The notes under the pieces: model-generated
What the model saw: the letters and a program-made list of their open reading frames with translations, nothing else
What the model was told of the DNA's origin: nothing
Databases searched by the model: none
Made by a program: the position numbers and the translations under genes
Part shown: piece by piece, positions 21,301-33,579 of the stretch
How positions within the stretch are numbered: position 1 is the stretch's first letter
Layout of the letters: every line of letters begins with the position of its first letter
Assembly (NCBI GenBank): GCA_905178155.1
Contig: CAJINV010000001.1
Coordinates: forward strand, 13,080,635-13,144,634
Source: Amoebophrya sp. A120
Lineage: Eukaryota; Protista; Dinoflagellata
Length of the DNA: 64,000 bases
Direction of reading: 5' to 3'

Positions 21301-22125
21301 GACAACCTTGACCACGCGTCCTAGCAGGGCAGAATCTAGGCGATGGTAGGGGTCTAACCAGTGGCACTGGTGGTTGTACTTCATACCGTTCATTTTCCCG
21401 TACGCCGTGTTGTTTCCTCCCTGGTCACCAGCACCACCTCCAGAGGTGTTGTTTCCGTTCGCGTTTTCCCACTTCTTCACTGCCTGCATCAACCCCGCGA
21501 TCTCGTGCAGGAGCATCCCCAACAGCGCGTCGCCCGTGCGGTCGGGAACAGCGATCTGGTCTGGGAAAACCAGCACCGCTTCCAGCTGCGACACGCCGTC
21601 CGCCAACACGCCGCGAGCCGTGTTCGCCTGCAACCCGCACTTGCTCACCTCCTGCGCGCCGCGGCGCAACCGCCGCACCGCCCCGCGTAGCTCCGAGGTG
21701 TCGTGTTGCTGCTGCGCATTGTTCGCGGCGTTTGTGGAAGTCGACTGCGTGTGCTGCTGCTGGGCGAGTGCGGGACCCAGAACCTGCGGCAGAGGCGGAA
21801 CCGCAGCAAGTGTAGTCGCTCCTTGTCCTGGAGGGAGCACAGCAATCGATCCAGGAGGGACAAAGGTTCCTCCGGCCGCAGGAACTGCTACGGATTGCAA
21901 CGTCGCAGCAAGTTGCCCGGCAGGGCAGAAGGAATGGGAGCCACGACCATCGAAAGACTCCGGGTTCCAGGTGCCTCCTGAGCTACTGCTCCCAAGCGTG
22001 CCCAAACTACCCCCACCGCCTCCCGCGGCGGCGGCGGCAGCGCGCCCCACCGTGTTATTGTTCATCGGATAAAACTCCGGTGCGTAAACGTCAACCTTGT
22101 AAGGGTCGGACAAAAGCGCAACCAT
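18319..22125 (-). CDS. 1268-aa hypothetical protein, helical N-half and low-complexity C-half, with dinoflagellate-type VKNTF motif
   Basis: Uninterrupted 3.8-kb ATG ORF with AT-rich upstream flank; LRVKNTFVHID near the C-terminus. Confidence 0.85.
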   Translation of the reverse strand: MVALLSDPYKVDVYAPEFYPMNNNTVGRAAAAAAGGGGGSLGTLGSSSSGGTWNPESFDGRGSHSFCPAGQLAATLQSVAVPAAGGTFVPPGSIAVLPPGQGATTLAAVPPLPQVLGPALAQQQHTQSTSTNAANNAQQQHDTSELRGAVRRLRRGAQEVSKCGLQANTARGVLADGVSQLEAVLVFPDQIAVPDRTGDALLGMLLHEIAGLMQAVKKWENANGNNTSGGGAGDQGGNNTAYGKMNGMKYNHQCHWLDPYHRLDSALLGRVVKVVAEMLLHLQFVCADAQTLSLRTIAAGLRCCNLARNWCRAEAGVIGDLCNATLCEKMWSMLWLRFCEQIERAAAKQDASSEHLCPFALRDVATIAITLTTAQTQMQSNAAAAAAGAGPASASASRNSVVAAATEEHVATWKALAVLIETGNKPGHWDVAKENINSKDLSQLLYATAKLAHSCPHRLTPATVGNVCRVLLPALTAVHNVQNDGSAPTPQQAGGKHSNKSGKGKGKQHQQQEQQQNNGSILTREDLTMVCNSLLLLLGLGNGTPTSMEEQQIAAGWANLKSTVIRESGQQLIFMALGRSDLRPVDRRLCQKLSTELQQSLQNNYKVVIPPKIAPPVVPGPAAPWTDVNTPIPTPANNMTGFNMKINTMIQHEASGLTNTDATVADAEQQELPSGASSQDLVVNIDNNLFRIPAFALPAFVDTTTPMHQLLNPAPTTLTGKDLAAQAAKEANANGETSKEGTGTMSQDIEKPAANEKHLTVEANEKSRPTPATPRTAHFLDSEMPLECLACETAEEITSAQKGKSRPHRFTNNPGARDTDEILLTATPTQHHGLQTSRRKFKILQTPKVLPGLGPSGGKKMPVRRNSACEPGDCVLTCSNNTCCGEIHRGVTILNDPKHFLKANTDAAGNLKITVNDAGCERKKTRTTSGEKKMKIMPHGNNNKNANNNNSNPTNNASKQVLDPAAAAAAILASDVDLLRQRSKNRDSVSLMSNYSAPTVNLNPVLGQPDQEDDGVPGSSSSALDNTLSSDEAVWCRTRTNSLATDNGRSATPQMRERHEHCLRVKNTFVHIDMGSVDPDDCDICALKRQRATSCLLDELQVARIMESFRWCENEDGSCDGHVCTDGFPRLETTNSTTETKVVQGVDEPRQSEDEEEYLSSSTKNKTQSAGAERIFVLDPADAALQRITRTATSSSTDGTRDTVASKAKVTSAQKDGVNADTSTSVPAAPAVVVPSAAALPRSSSCSAASSSPASCSVQVDGKQLLVQ

Positions 22126-23924
22126 TTTTAAGGGTTGCGAAGAGAGTTAGAAAATTAGGGTTGTTTTTTACTTTTTTAGAAAATTAGGCTATATACTTTT
22201 TGCAACCATAAACCACTCATACATCTTTACTTGCTTCGTAGTCTTGCATCAACGTCAACCAACTTCTGCGCTTGCGCAACATAGAATGCATAAAGTCTAA
22301 AATGTTCCCTGCGTTGTGGTCTCATGATTATGTCAACTCCTATCTTCTTCTTCGCACCTCCAGCAATACACAAGAGCCACTCGCTTATATCGTTTTTTTT
22401 TTTACGTTTTAGAACAAGAAATCGAATGTAGATATGGTGTTGAAAAAGCCACTCAAATTGGGTTTAAGTTGATGACTACGGGTAGTTAGAGTTAAGTTAT
22501 CGCTTTTGAACCACTACAGAAACAAGCAATGTGCTTGTTCTTCTAATCGTACTCCTGTTTTTTTTTTGTGTCTGATGTCCGGCATGAAATTGAATGACAA
22601 TGAAGGTTGGAGGAAGTTGTTGCGGGCGCGCACAAACTAACTACATCTTACTGAAGTTTTATGATTTCTGATTCTGCTTCAGTTGAATGCATCATTCGTC
22701 CGATCACAATGAATCCCTCTGCTGGCTGCGACACCATTCACGTCTCGTGCTAGGGGGGCAGAAAGGAACGGTAAATTTAGGTTCATCAAGGAACGTCTCG
22801 GATTTACATTGAGCCGCTCGGTAAGCGACAGGCACCAGAGAAGCTGATCCTTCAAGGGCTGAAATTTGTCTTCAACAACTTCATCTCAATTATCTCGTAC
22901 TCATATCAACGTCAGGTTCATTTTGATTTTCTCGACACGTCTTTGGTCTCAAACTCAATTTCGAGGATCGTTTTCAAATTTCTTTTCATAATTGGGATTT
23001 CTCGTGCGGGCACCATGATCGCGGACAATTGATTGAGTTGTATCATTCACATTCAGTTTTTGCTTGTCTCAGTTGATTTTCTGGTGGGTGATTTTTGTTC
23101 TTCGGCAACTACATCACACGAGTTCACAAGCACGACCGATAGCACAAAAGCAACGGCCACGAGGTTCCTTCTTCTTACGAGCTCGCGCTCCTGTAACACT
23201 GAAAAATCTGTAAAGCGCAGCCTGTTGCTGTTCTGTGTCTTTGGCGCACAGCTTGCTCTCGATTGCTTATCTCCTGGTGCTTCAGGAGCGTCCTGTTGCT
23301 CATCTGCGTCTGCGATCGCAGAATTTCTTTCATTCAGCACTTTGAAGATTTTATTGCGGTCTCTGAGTCGATTTTTTGTCTCCACCATTCGATGCAAGGC
23401 CTCAACATACAGGGAATAGAAGAATCAGTGTCGGACTGCTCGTTGGTTCTTTTTAGGCAATGCGCAAGATCAAATGAGACCCCGAATCAGAGTCCACTAT
23501 TCCACTCATCTGTCCCACTTGCAGCGAGAACGACGCGTCCTCGAACGGTTTCTGCATCTGCCCCGGCCCGAAAAAACCCAAATCACCTCCCTGTGCGCAA
23601 GATCCTGTGGTGGTTGTTGGTTGGGAATAATGGGAATGTTCATCGTGTGCTTACTTTGATATTGATGCTTGGCACTGACTGCGCTGTAGAAGTACAGCGC
23701 GAGTACTACTACAGTCAGAATTATTATCCAGTTCCGTAAAATTAAATTTTTAGTACCCACGAACAAAATAAGCTGGACTAATTAATGGAAAAAAGTAAAA
23801 ATTACTTACCGCAGTCCGATCTGTCCTGAGCTCCTTTGGCAAAAGCATCCACAAGAGCTTGTCCTTCGAGACCCTGTATACGATTGATATTGCAAACTAA
23901 TAGAAGGAGAAACGAAACCGAAAC

Positions 23925-24349
23925 TGTTGGACTTTGAACACACCTGCCACACTGAGTGGCCAAAGCTTCTACCTTCGAGAGGTCTCTAACACGTTCAAGC
24001 ACTTCAATCTCTCAGCAGACAGGGCGAAAGCCTCTGACTGCGTTGCATCCTGTGAAGATTCATCAATCAAGGTTCATCATAGACATCACTCCACTCATCA
24101 CAGGCTCTGAGGCTCCAGATCTCTAGTCATTCTGGGACCTACTTCCCAATCTGTATGGGTGCGATTTTATCAGGGACGGAGGTCCCTGGTAAAGTTTTTA
24201 TCAGGGTCGCCGGTCCTTGATAAAGTTTTGATCAAGAGAGCCTGATTTGCTCAAACTCTTCATCGTTTGCATTTGGAGAACAGGCATTTCGGGATCTCAT
24301 AGAAGCTTCAGTCTTGCGTGGAGGTAGGGTTTAGATCACATGACCAACG
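23925..24349 (-). repeat. 3' LTR
   Basis: Direct repeat of 29564-29988; about 13 substitutions counted by eye (~97% identity), mostly transitions. Confidence 0.95.
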
Positions 24350-24639
24350 CCCCTCCTCAATCGATGCAGTCTGTAGCCCCTAAGAGTCCTACTCTACCTT
24401 GTTCCTAAATAGATATAAAGTTGCATAAATTCCCCTTCTCGGGTCAAAATCCAAAGTCTACAGCGTACAACACTAAAGCTACTCCACTATCATCGCAGAA
24501 ACTAGTATAAAAAGAAGCATCAAAATCATCCTCATCATCCGACTGGGCGCCAGGATGTGAAGAGTCGCAGGAGATGACTGGACTGTCTACGCGATGCAAA
24601 AGCAGCTTGCGCAGTGGCGCTGAGCATTCCAGCTTCGTA

Positions 24640-27600
24640 AGTCCATCCGCCTTCATCAAATGCGTCGGGCAGAAGACTACACGACTGGCAGCATCTCGCG
24701 CACGCAAATAGCGAAGAGCGTAATGCCGTGACTTCGGTTTTGTGTCTGTGCTTTTGGCTGTAGGTAGCGACTGCGGATTGGTTGCCCACCCACAAGATGG
24801 CATCATCCAGGGACGGAGATAAGCCGCGCTGCGAGCGTTTCCACCATTCTGGTAGGGAGAGGAGCGAAGAAATCAGCGAAGTCGTTCTGCTCACTGAGCG
24901 CAATAGTGTCAGAAGCCGCGATATACTCGCTTTCCGCCGTCGAATACGCACGCACAGTCTGCCGATTACTGCGCCAGCAGATCGGGAAACCGCGGCAGTA
25001 CATAATCGAACCGGTGGTAGAACGCATCGTCTTCAAACAATTCGCGAAACCAGCATCAGAGAACAGGCTCAGACGTGGCACGTCCCTGCCCTCCGGCACT
25101 AACTTCTGACAAATCTCAACGAACGTCTCTTCTTCCTCTGGACTGTACGACAGTCCCACTTCCTTCGTTGTCAGGAGGAACTTTATCACTTTCCTGCAGG
25201 CGTAGGCGATCCTTTTCGTGGCGGGTTTGCTCACATAGCGAGCTAGAGTAGAAGCCGGCACACAAATGTCAGGGCGCGCAGTGGTCGCGATCCATTGCAG
25301 CGCACCAACTACGGATCTGAGAGGATAATCCTTCAGCTCTTCAAGATCTTCTTCCGTCGGAGCTGACTCGTCAAAATTCGGAGAGCGTGCCGGCTTGCCA
25401 AGCGTGGCAGCGAACTTCTTAGCAATTTTCTCTATATACTCCTCCATGGTCACACGCACTGACTTGCGCTCCCTAGAGTAGTACACAATCGCCCCAAGGA
25501 AGTCGAACTTTTGCCACTCGATACCATTGGAATCGGTAAAGAGCTCGACAGCTATCTCACGCCCGGGGACGCGCGACAGAGTCTTTTGCAATTCGGCACG
25601 AAGTTCAGCAAGATCAGGTCCTGCGGTCAAGTTGTCGCCGACATAGACAGCAAGCTTGAGAAATCTTCCTGGGTGCGATAAACTTGGCTTTCTCCACAAA
25701 CCAGGCGCAGAAGGACAGGGCTCCCAACCTAACTCGGCCAAGATGCTCTCACACTTCTTGAACCAGGCTCGCGGTGCGTCCTTTAGCCCGTAAAGCGCTT
25801 TGCGTAGCTTCACGACTGCCGTCCTGTGCTTTGCTGCCCAGATGGGTGGCAAACGGCAATAGACGTCGCGATCTAGCAAGGCACTAAGGAACGCGCTATC
25901 GAGATCATGCGGGATGACGTGATCACCGTCTGCGGCTGCAGATACCAGTAGCAAGCGATTAGCTGCATGCGAGACAACTGGCGCGAAGGTGTCAACGTCA
26001 CCCGATCGATCAAGATTGCCAAGTGCACAGGCTCGAGCTTTATACGTCCCGTCGCGCTTAGCGGTCAGTATGATAGCGATTGGAAGCACTTGCTTCGCGG
26101 TAGCTAGCTCCTCGTCAGAGGCTGGCTTCCACGTCTCATATGCTAGCAGACGAGCTTCCTCCTTGTCAGTCACCTTCTGCCACTTAGCTGCAAGCTCAGG
26201 GTCAGGCAATTTGGCAGCCTTCTCAGCGGAAAGATAAGCTTCCCAGGAGTCAGCATTCTTTCGTCAACATCGCTATGGCCTCGACGATCTCCTCACCATC
26301 ATCAAGCATGCCAATAGCGTTCCAATTCGCTGCGGCAGACGCCTCTGCGTTCTTCTTCAACTTCTCGAGCTGTGCTTTTGTGCGCCGAGAGCGTTTCTTC
26401 TTATCCTTGGCCCCTTTTGGGCGCCCGCGGCCCGGCTTGGAGATGCGGCTGCCAGCCACAACCCTCGCCGGTGCGTGACGCACCCTAGCAGGACTAGAAG
26501 ACGCTTCTCGAGCTTGCTCCCCTCCTCCACTGTTGCTCGCTGCGAGGTTCCCCTCCTCAGCTTGCGACAGTATAGGAGCTTCCGGGGACTATGCTGGACC
26601 TCCTTCCTCTCTGTCCAGTGTCTCCACTTGAAGTTCTAAGCCGGCGGTCGATTCCTCCGCGTGCCCCGCCCCATGAACCTCCAGGCGATGAGCCGAACTA
26701 GATTGCGAGTCTAGCCGTCCAAGCGCGGGTGGAACCGGTTGCGATGCGCCGCTTTGGAGATCTTCCAGGTAGTCCATCTGGACGAAGACTCCCTTCGAAC
26801 TGGGTAGGAGCCAGTCGATGTTCTTGGCGAGTATATCCTCCCGAAACTTGACATCGCGAGGAGAATACTCGGCCCACCGATGCCCGTCTCTTGTCCGATC
26901 GTCTTGAACGAAGGTGCCCACGAGCCAGCCCGAAGACTTAGGACAAAGCCCGAGAAACACACCTCGACGAAGGGGCGGACTGAGCTTGGGACCTCCTTGT
27001 CTTTCTCTGTCCGTCTTGATTTGTTCACGAAAGTAAACAAGACAACCAAAACGCCCGAGCAGGCCAATGCCTTGCCTCGCACTGTTCCTACCTGTCCTCT
27101 TCTCAAGGATCTCTATCGGAGTCTCTCCGTCATGCTCTGGCATCTTTGCATATTTATGCGGCAGCCGGTCCCAACAATCACCGCTGTAGCCTATGGCATA
27201 TGACCACAGACGGCGATCGACGTGAACCAACAGTGTACGGCAGGAGCCGAACAGCGTCCGCATAAAACGCTCGCAAGTTCCGTTTTGCTCTGGATTGTGA
27301 GGAACAGTTGGAGCGTCACAGATCTGCAGCGATTGCATGACCTTGGTCATGTGCTCACTGCCCAGAACTGGCTCGCTGTCCCGTCTCAGGAACCAAGCGA
27401 CCTTGTCACCCAAGGACAATGACCAGCCTGCGCGAATGCCTTTGATAATGTCTTCCAACTCCTCCACGCAGTCGCTCTTGTACAGAAGAGGCCTGACAAA
27501 ACACTTCTTGATGGCGTCACAGATACCAACAAGGACACAAGTGTGCTTCATGATAGACATGGGCTTCACACCGACACCGAAGTCAAACGCTAATCGTTTT

Positions 27601-29194
27601 AGTGGCTGAGGTTTATAATTCTCAACGCTCCGCACTTTCGCATGTGGATTCCTCTGCCCTTTAGTTCTATCGCACTCGGGACAACTGACGTCGAGCCCGT
27701 CCACATGGAAATGTCCAAGACGTCTGCGTAGCTCTAACTTAGTCAAGTAACAACTACTAGTAGATACCTCGGCGACAGAAGTACAGACAAAACCGTCCGC
27801 AGCATCTGCCTCCTGCAGGTCGAACAAGTTGCAACCAAGGACGGGAAGGCACATTCTGGGATGATTCTTTATGTCCAACACGCGGCCGGCACCAGTGTGA
27901 GCAATGGTTCCGCCGGTGCTGTGAAAGGTAAGCCCCCATCCTACTTGTGACGTGTTGCCTTCACCGAGCCAAGGCAAAATCCTATCAATATCCTTTGGCA
28001 GATCTTTGAAATAAACACCATGTCGCAGGTTTAATTGGTTGGGTTGCAATTCTCCTATAAATCCATCCCGTGCGCCAGCTGTTCCGTTGATGGTACAGCG
28101 TCGGCCCGTGATGTTCTTAAAATCATCAGCGTGCTTTGATAAGTATCTATTTGCACAGCTGTCCACTAGGTTTGCCTGCTTTGCACCTAGGTAACTGGCT
28201 GCACAATAATCAACAACAGACAACATAGTAGCAGCAGAGTTAGCCGAATCTACGAAACTCTTGCAATGCACTTCATCCTCCTCAAAATTCAAACAACATC
28301 TTCCCCGTTCCGGATCTTGGTCATCGTCTCCTCAGCTCGTTCCGGGCTTGCCGGATCCCGATCCAGCGCTAGCTTCATGCCAGACCCAGGCACCGCCCCA
28401 GTCCTGGTAGACCGTAGGTTCACCGCAACCGGTGCACGCGTTGCCCCCTCCTTTGCCTTTGCCTTTGGGTTTCCCACCCGTAGACGCAGCAGCGGTAGGA
28501 CACTCCCACGCACGCGTAGTGACCATAGTCATAGCATTTGTAGCACTGGGCGTTCTTCTTGTAATCCTTGAACTTCTTGTCCTTCTTGCCCTTCCCCTTC
28601 TTGCGGGTAGAAGGATCACCACCCTGGCTTGCGTGGACTTCGGCGGTAACTTTCTTTTTCAGTTTAGCCCTGAACCGCTTGAGAGCAGTCTGAGACATGA
28701 AAGCTTTACCGTCCTCATCGTTACCACTAGCCTGGGGGCGTTTCTTGGAAGCGGCTCCCCCGGTCGTGTCCTGGTCGTAGTCAACCGTCGGAAACGCCTT
28801 GCCGAAGCTGGAGCTCTCCACCTTGTACTCACCGTCCTTGATCATGGCCTGCAGACGGGTCGCCAACTTGTCACCCATCTGCTGCGTCGTCAGCTGGGCA
28901 CCGTCCTCGACCATGCGCGCGATCGTGTCCTTGAAACCCTTGGAAAACATCTTGGGCAGGTAGTCTAAGATGTTCCGGACGGACCTGTCGATCTTCAGGA
29001 GCACGGGCTAGGTCGGGCGGAAACACCGCAGGGGACTGGTCCATGACGCGCTTGGCCTTGGCGAGAAAGGAAGGCGGGCCCTGAGGTTGGTCGCGGTCAT
29101 CGAACTTCATCGACTCGAGACAAGCAGCACGGATTTTCTGCTGGGTCCTGTTCTGCTGGTTGTAATGACCTTCATCACGCAGCTCCAAACACAA
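24640..29194 (-). pseudogene. Disrupted Copia gag-pol
   Basis: Split over several ORFs: CYKCYDYGHYAC zinc knuckle, LVDSCAN protease (DSG lost), PEQNGTCERF integrase, YKARACALG...KALYGLKDAPRAW RT with YVGD instead of YVDD, FSDAGF...STAESEYIA RNase H, ADGLTK in a shifted frame. Confidence 0.9.
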
Positions 29195-29563
29195 CTCTCC
29201 AGCATTCAGAGCGTTGTATGTAATTCGGGCGAGCGTGCAGCCAGGTCTTACCAGAACCAGTCAAGGACTTCAGCATCGCGGCTTTCAGGTTGCGCCATTT
29301 CTGAGCAACCGTCTCAGCCTGCTGACCGACTCCTCCGGGGAGACCGGGCTGACCGAGATGGACGACGACGCTGGCTGCCGAAGTAAACGCCTAGTCCGAG
29401 GCGCTCGACCTCCTCACGGACAGAGCGATCCCATTCGATCCAGCCAGTCGCATCCGGCAGCTTCGCAGTGATCTCTGCGGATACCGCAGTCATCTTGTTT
29501 TCTTAATGAATCTACTGCCACTAGTGTAAAGTAGCACAGATTGGCGTCTAAGTCGCAGCGCAG

Positions 29564-29988
29564 TGCTGGACTTTGAACACACCTGCCACACTGAGTGACC
29601 AAAGCTTCTACCTTCGAGAGGTCTCCAACACGTTCAAACACTTCAATCTCTCAGCAGACAGGGCGAAAGCCTCTGACTGCGTTGCATCCTGTGAAGATTC
29701 ATCAATCAAGGTTCACCATAGACATCATTCCACTCATCACAGGCTCTGAGGCTCCAGATCTCTAGTCATTCTGGGACCTACTTCCCACTCTGTATGGGTG
29801 CAATTTTATCAGGGACGGAGGTCCCTGGTAAAGTTTTTATCAGGGTCGCCGGTCCTTGATAAAGTTTTGATCAAGAGAGCCTGATTTGCTCAAATTCTTC
29901 ATCGTTTGCATTTGGAGAACAGGCGCTTCGGGATCTCATAGAAGCTTCGGTCTTGCGTGGAGGTAGGGTTTAGATCACATGACCAACA
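29564..29988 (-). repeat. 5' LTR
   Basis: Direct repeat of 23925-24349. Confidence 0.95.
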
Positions 29989-30838
29989 GAAACAGTTTTT
30001 TTCTATTTTTTTCATTCGATTCTGAAAAATAAACGCGTGCCGCCTCCCACCACAAATCGTCCTCTTCTGCTTCTAACGTCAAAATAAAAAAAAACCCGAG
30101 TACCTTGAATTTGTCTTCCCAGATTTTCAGTTCGGCATGCGCCTGGTCCTTTGTCACATTGGCAGTGGATTGCCCCGTCCGCCGCGACACCGGATTCCGG
30201 CTTCCCTCATGCTTGCACAACAAGTGCAGACATCTAACCTGTTCGCCCATGATGACAGCGGAGTAGAAAGAGTCGAATACAAGACACTAGAAAAAAGATC
30301 CACACGACAAGCTTCTTTTTAAGAATTGCTAGCGGTACTATTTAGTGGGGTAGCGCAACACTCGTCCGTTGGTTGAAGATATTGTCGTGTATGTACAGAG
30401 CTGTCGTCGAATCATACCAGGAATGTAGTATATTTACGTCGGGGTCATCAACACACCGACCTACAGGCACAAAAGTAGGGCAAAAAAAAGCGGATCGCGG
30501 GATTCTGACTCTCGAGAAATAAACATCTGATCCTGATTCATCGTGGAAGCACTTTCTTTTGTTCCAAGATGAAGAAGAACCTGAAGCACTGCACTAACGA
30601 AGAGAACGAAGTCAGATCATGATCTAGATCTGCAGCTTGATCTTCGGCAGGGACGGTTTTTTTCTTCAAGTTATTTTTCGCTATTCTCGCTTTTCCATTT
30701 CATGTCCAAGAACATCTGCTCGCGAGCTCCTTCAGTGGATGGCGGCACTCCGCGATTATGCTCATAATTTGGACGCGTATCGTCATGCCTATGCGTCGTC
30801 CTCATTTTCTGCTGTCTATTTTGATGTTGCGCCAACAG

Positions 30839-33082
30839 TTACAAAAGATCCTCTCGTTCTTTCCGGTCGACGCCACGGCCACTGGAGTCGTAGTATTTCT
30901 CCGCTTCATCGTCCTCCTCGTCACTCTGGTCTTGGAGGAGCTGCTGCTCGTGCAACGGTCTGAAATTGTTCAGCCGATTTACCCACGCCGGTGGTTGCCA
31001 CTGCGAGCGCGCCGTTTTGCGATTGAACCAGTAGCCCCGGCCTTGTTTGCCACCGTCGACAAATCGCCAATCCTTGTGCAGCTTGTTCCCCGGTGCTGGG
31101 AGTGGTCCTCTACTGCCCCCTTGTGGAAAGGACGATAAGGCGGGCGTCGCTCTCGTGGAAGGCCCGTCGATTGGAGAGGAGCCGAGCGCCTCTGCACCGA
31201 GATTTCGCTCGTCAGAAATCAGCAAGCAAGAACTACGAGTGGCGTTCGCTGCATTTTCAGAATCTTGCGTGCTGGGTCGCTGCTGTGCACTCCTGGAGTT
31301 ACTATTTTGACCACCACGACGTCTCTGCGGGCTATTTCCGCCACACCGAGTGCAGACACGCCCGCTTTCGAGCTCGCACCCGCAGACGACGCAGAAAGGG
31401 TGGGGCTCCTCCGGCGGCGGTCTCGGAAAGAAGCGATTGTCTAAAATCTCGTCCAAGCGGCTTAGCAAATTCATCAACAGCACCAGCACCGCCTCCGAGC
31501 CACCGGAAGTACTAGACTCTTGGTCCGCCTGCACCTGAATGCTGACGCACAGTCGCGGCCGCACCTGACGCAGGAAGTGAGCGAGGTCGGAATCTTCCGA
31601 CTGCATTTTGCGTTCCTGTAGTTCCTTGCTGCTTTTCTCACCAAATATCTCTTCCGCCAGGTCGACAAAGGTTGCTTGCTTGTCCTCGTCCCGCATTGCT
31701 CCTCCTGAATCTTCCGACTCGGAGTTGTTGTCCTGCTTATCTTGCAGTCCTACTTCGTTCGTCCGCGCGGATTTGATGTTCTTTGCACCGGACATCGACA
31801 CGCTTTCCTCAAGTTCGGTCACGAAGTGGTCCAGTTCCTGGAGCTCGGCCGGAACGAGTGGCGTCTGGGTCAGTTGCTTGTGCCTTTGCAGCTGCGAGGT
31901 TGACCAACTGCTCTCTGCGATGACGCGCGCTGCTGTGTTCGACGGCGATGACGTGTTCTCCGCCGGACCGCCTGCAACCGCTCGCTCCTCCTCCACGAGC
32001 GCGTCGCGGACCCCGATTCCGTCGGTTGTCCGCGGTTTTGGAAAAGTGACGCTCGTGGAGGACCGTAGTTTGCGGTACAAGACGAACGGCAGCGGGTTCT
32101 CATGCTCGTGCATGATCAGGGTGGTCGCGACCAACTGCAGCAACTCCAAGGCCTTCCGGACAATTTCGTCCCAGGCCTGACTTGTCTCGTCGGTCACGCC
32201 GACCTTGCCAAGTTTGGTGCTCTGCAACGCCTGCGCTTGCTCCGACTGCGATCCTCGCGAAGCAGAAAGATTGCTGGTGGGATTATTCGGATTATACGAC
32301 GAAGAACTTGCAGCAGTACTACCCCCAAACAGCTTTGCTGCCGCTGCACTCCCGGAAGACCACAGGTGGTTGGCGTTTCGAGCCACCCGGTAGCCGACGG
32401 ATTGCTTGCGGCGAATCAACCGCTCCCAGACGTCGCAAAAGCCCGCATCGAGGTAGCGGACGAAGGCCATGCCGCAGTTCTTAAGCAGCATCTCGAGCAG
32501 CGACAGCGCGACAGAGGTGCGTCGCACTTGCGTTGACCGCCCCACATTCATCAACGACTTCCAACCAGACGTCGCCGGGGCGAAGAGCGGGCTGGTTAGT
32601 TATCAGGTACACAAAGTAAGATTTCTTTATTCGGTTTCGGTTTGTGCCTCGAGGATACATAAGAAAGCTGAGTTTTCATCGGCTACGGTCCAAGAAGCAG
32701 CAACATTAGACAACAAAAAAAAGATAGGGTTACGGGGTGCGTTGTACTTGTATGGATGTGCTCGACACTACACTCAATAAAACGAAACAAATCACACAAC
32801 TCAAATCAATACGCAATACTCCGGCGACGGCCTGGATGTTCTGCTGGGGAACACCACTGAAGACGAGCTTGATGCTGGCCCACCTACTCCCGACGAAGAA
32901 GCAGCACTCGAAGACGTCGCAGACGTGCTCAGGGCACCCGCTAGCCGCGGTAGCAGCTGGATAGACAGATCCGGATTGGCCAGGATCATGTCGCAGATCT
33001 TGATGTTCATGCCAAACTCGATCTGCGAACTGGCCAGAGAGCGATCCGCCAGCGAAAGCAACTCGTCCGCTTGCCAATCCAT
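30839..33082 (-). CDS. VHS-domain (TOM1-like) protein with zinc ribbon and WW domain; intron ~32592-32818
   Basis: NIKICDMI...ALSLLEMLLKNCGMAFV (VHS); CVVC...CTRCG; DWRFVDGGKQGRGYWFNRKTARSQWQPP (WW); GT-AG intron joins SPDPLFAP in frame. Confidence 0.85.
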
Positions 33083-33579
33083 TTTTTTCTTCGCAGTTTT
33101 TTTTTGTTTTCTATGCTTTCCGCTCGAAGGAATTTTTTTATGTTGTTGCAGTGTAGAGGTGTCATCAATCTCTAAGTACCAGTCGAGAACTGCTTCCCAG
33201 CGACACCATGTATACACGACCACTTCTGAGCTCTTTTCATCAGAACAGTCAGTGCCGCGAAAGCGCAAGCGGAGCAAAATAGTTTCTTGATTTTCGCTTT
33301 CTTTCTTATCTTTGTAGGTCGTCCTGTTATGTTCATGGACGTAACGCTGACAGACACAACGCACTTCTTGTCCTCGGAGTAGTACAACAATATCTTCCGG
33401 CTGGTGCACAGCGAATCGCGACAATACAGAAACTTGTGTGAACGAGAACGACAGCGAAGCATTGTCGTCATTATGCCGCTTCCTGCGTGCCAAGTCACAG
33501 CGCCTTTCAGGACCTTCCTGCGCAAGTGCGGGACACCTTGAACAAGACAGGTTCAACAACTTGAACTTCAACTTGAACT

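Larger units (their letters stand above)
23925..29988 (-). mobile_element. Ty1/Copia LTR retrotransposon, full-length but degenerate
   Basis: 425-bp LTRs with outer TG...CA ends; TSD GAAAC at 23920-23924 and 29989-29993; order gag(CCHC)-PR-INT-RT-RH; polypurine tract (gaggagggg on minus) next to the 3' LTR at ~24350-24360. Confidence 0.96.
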
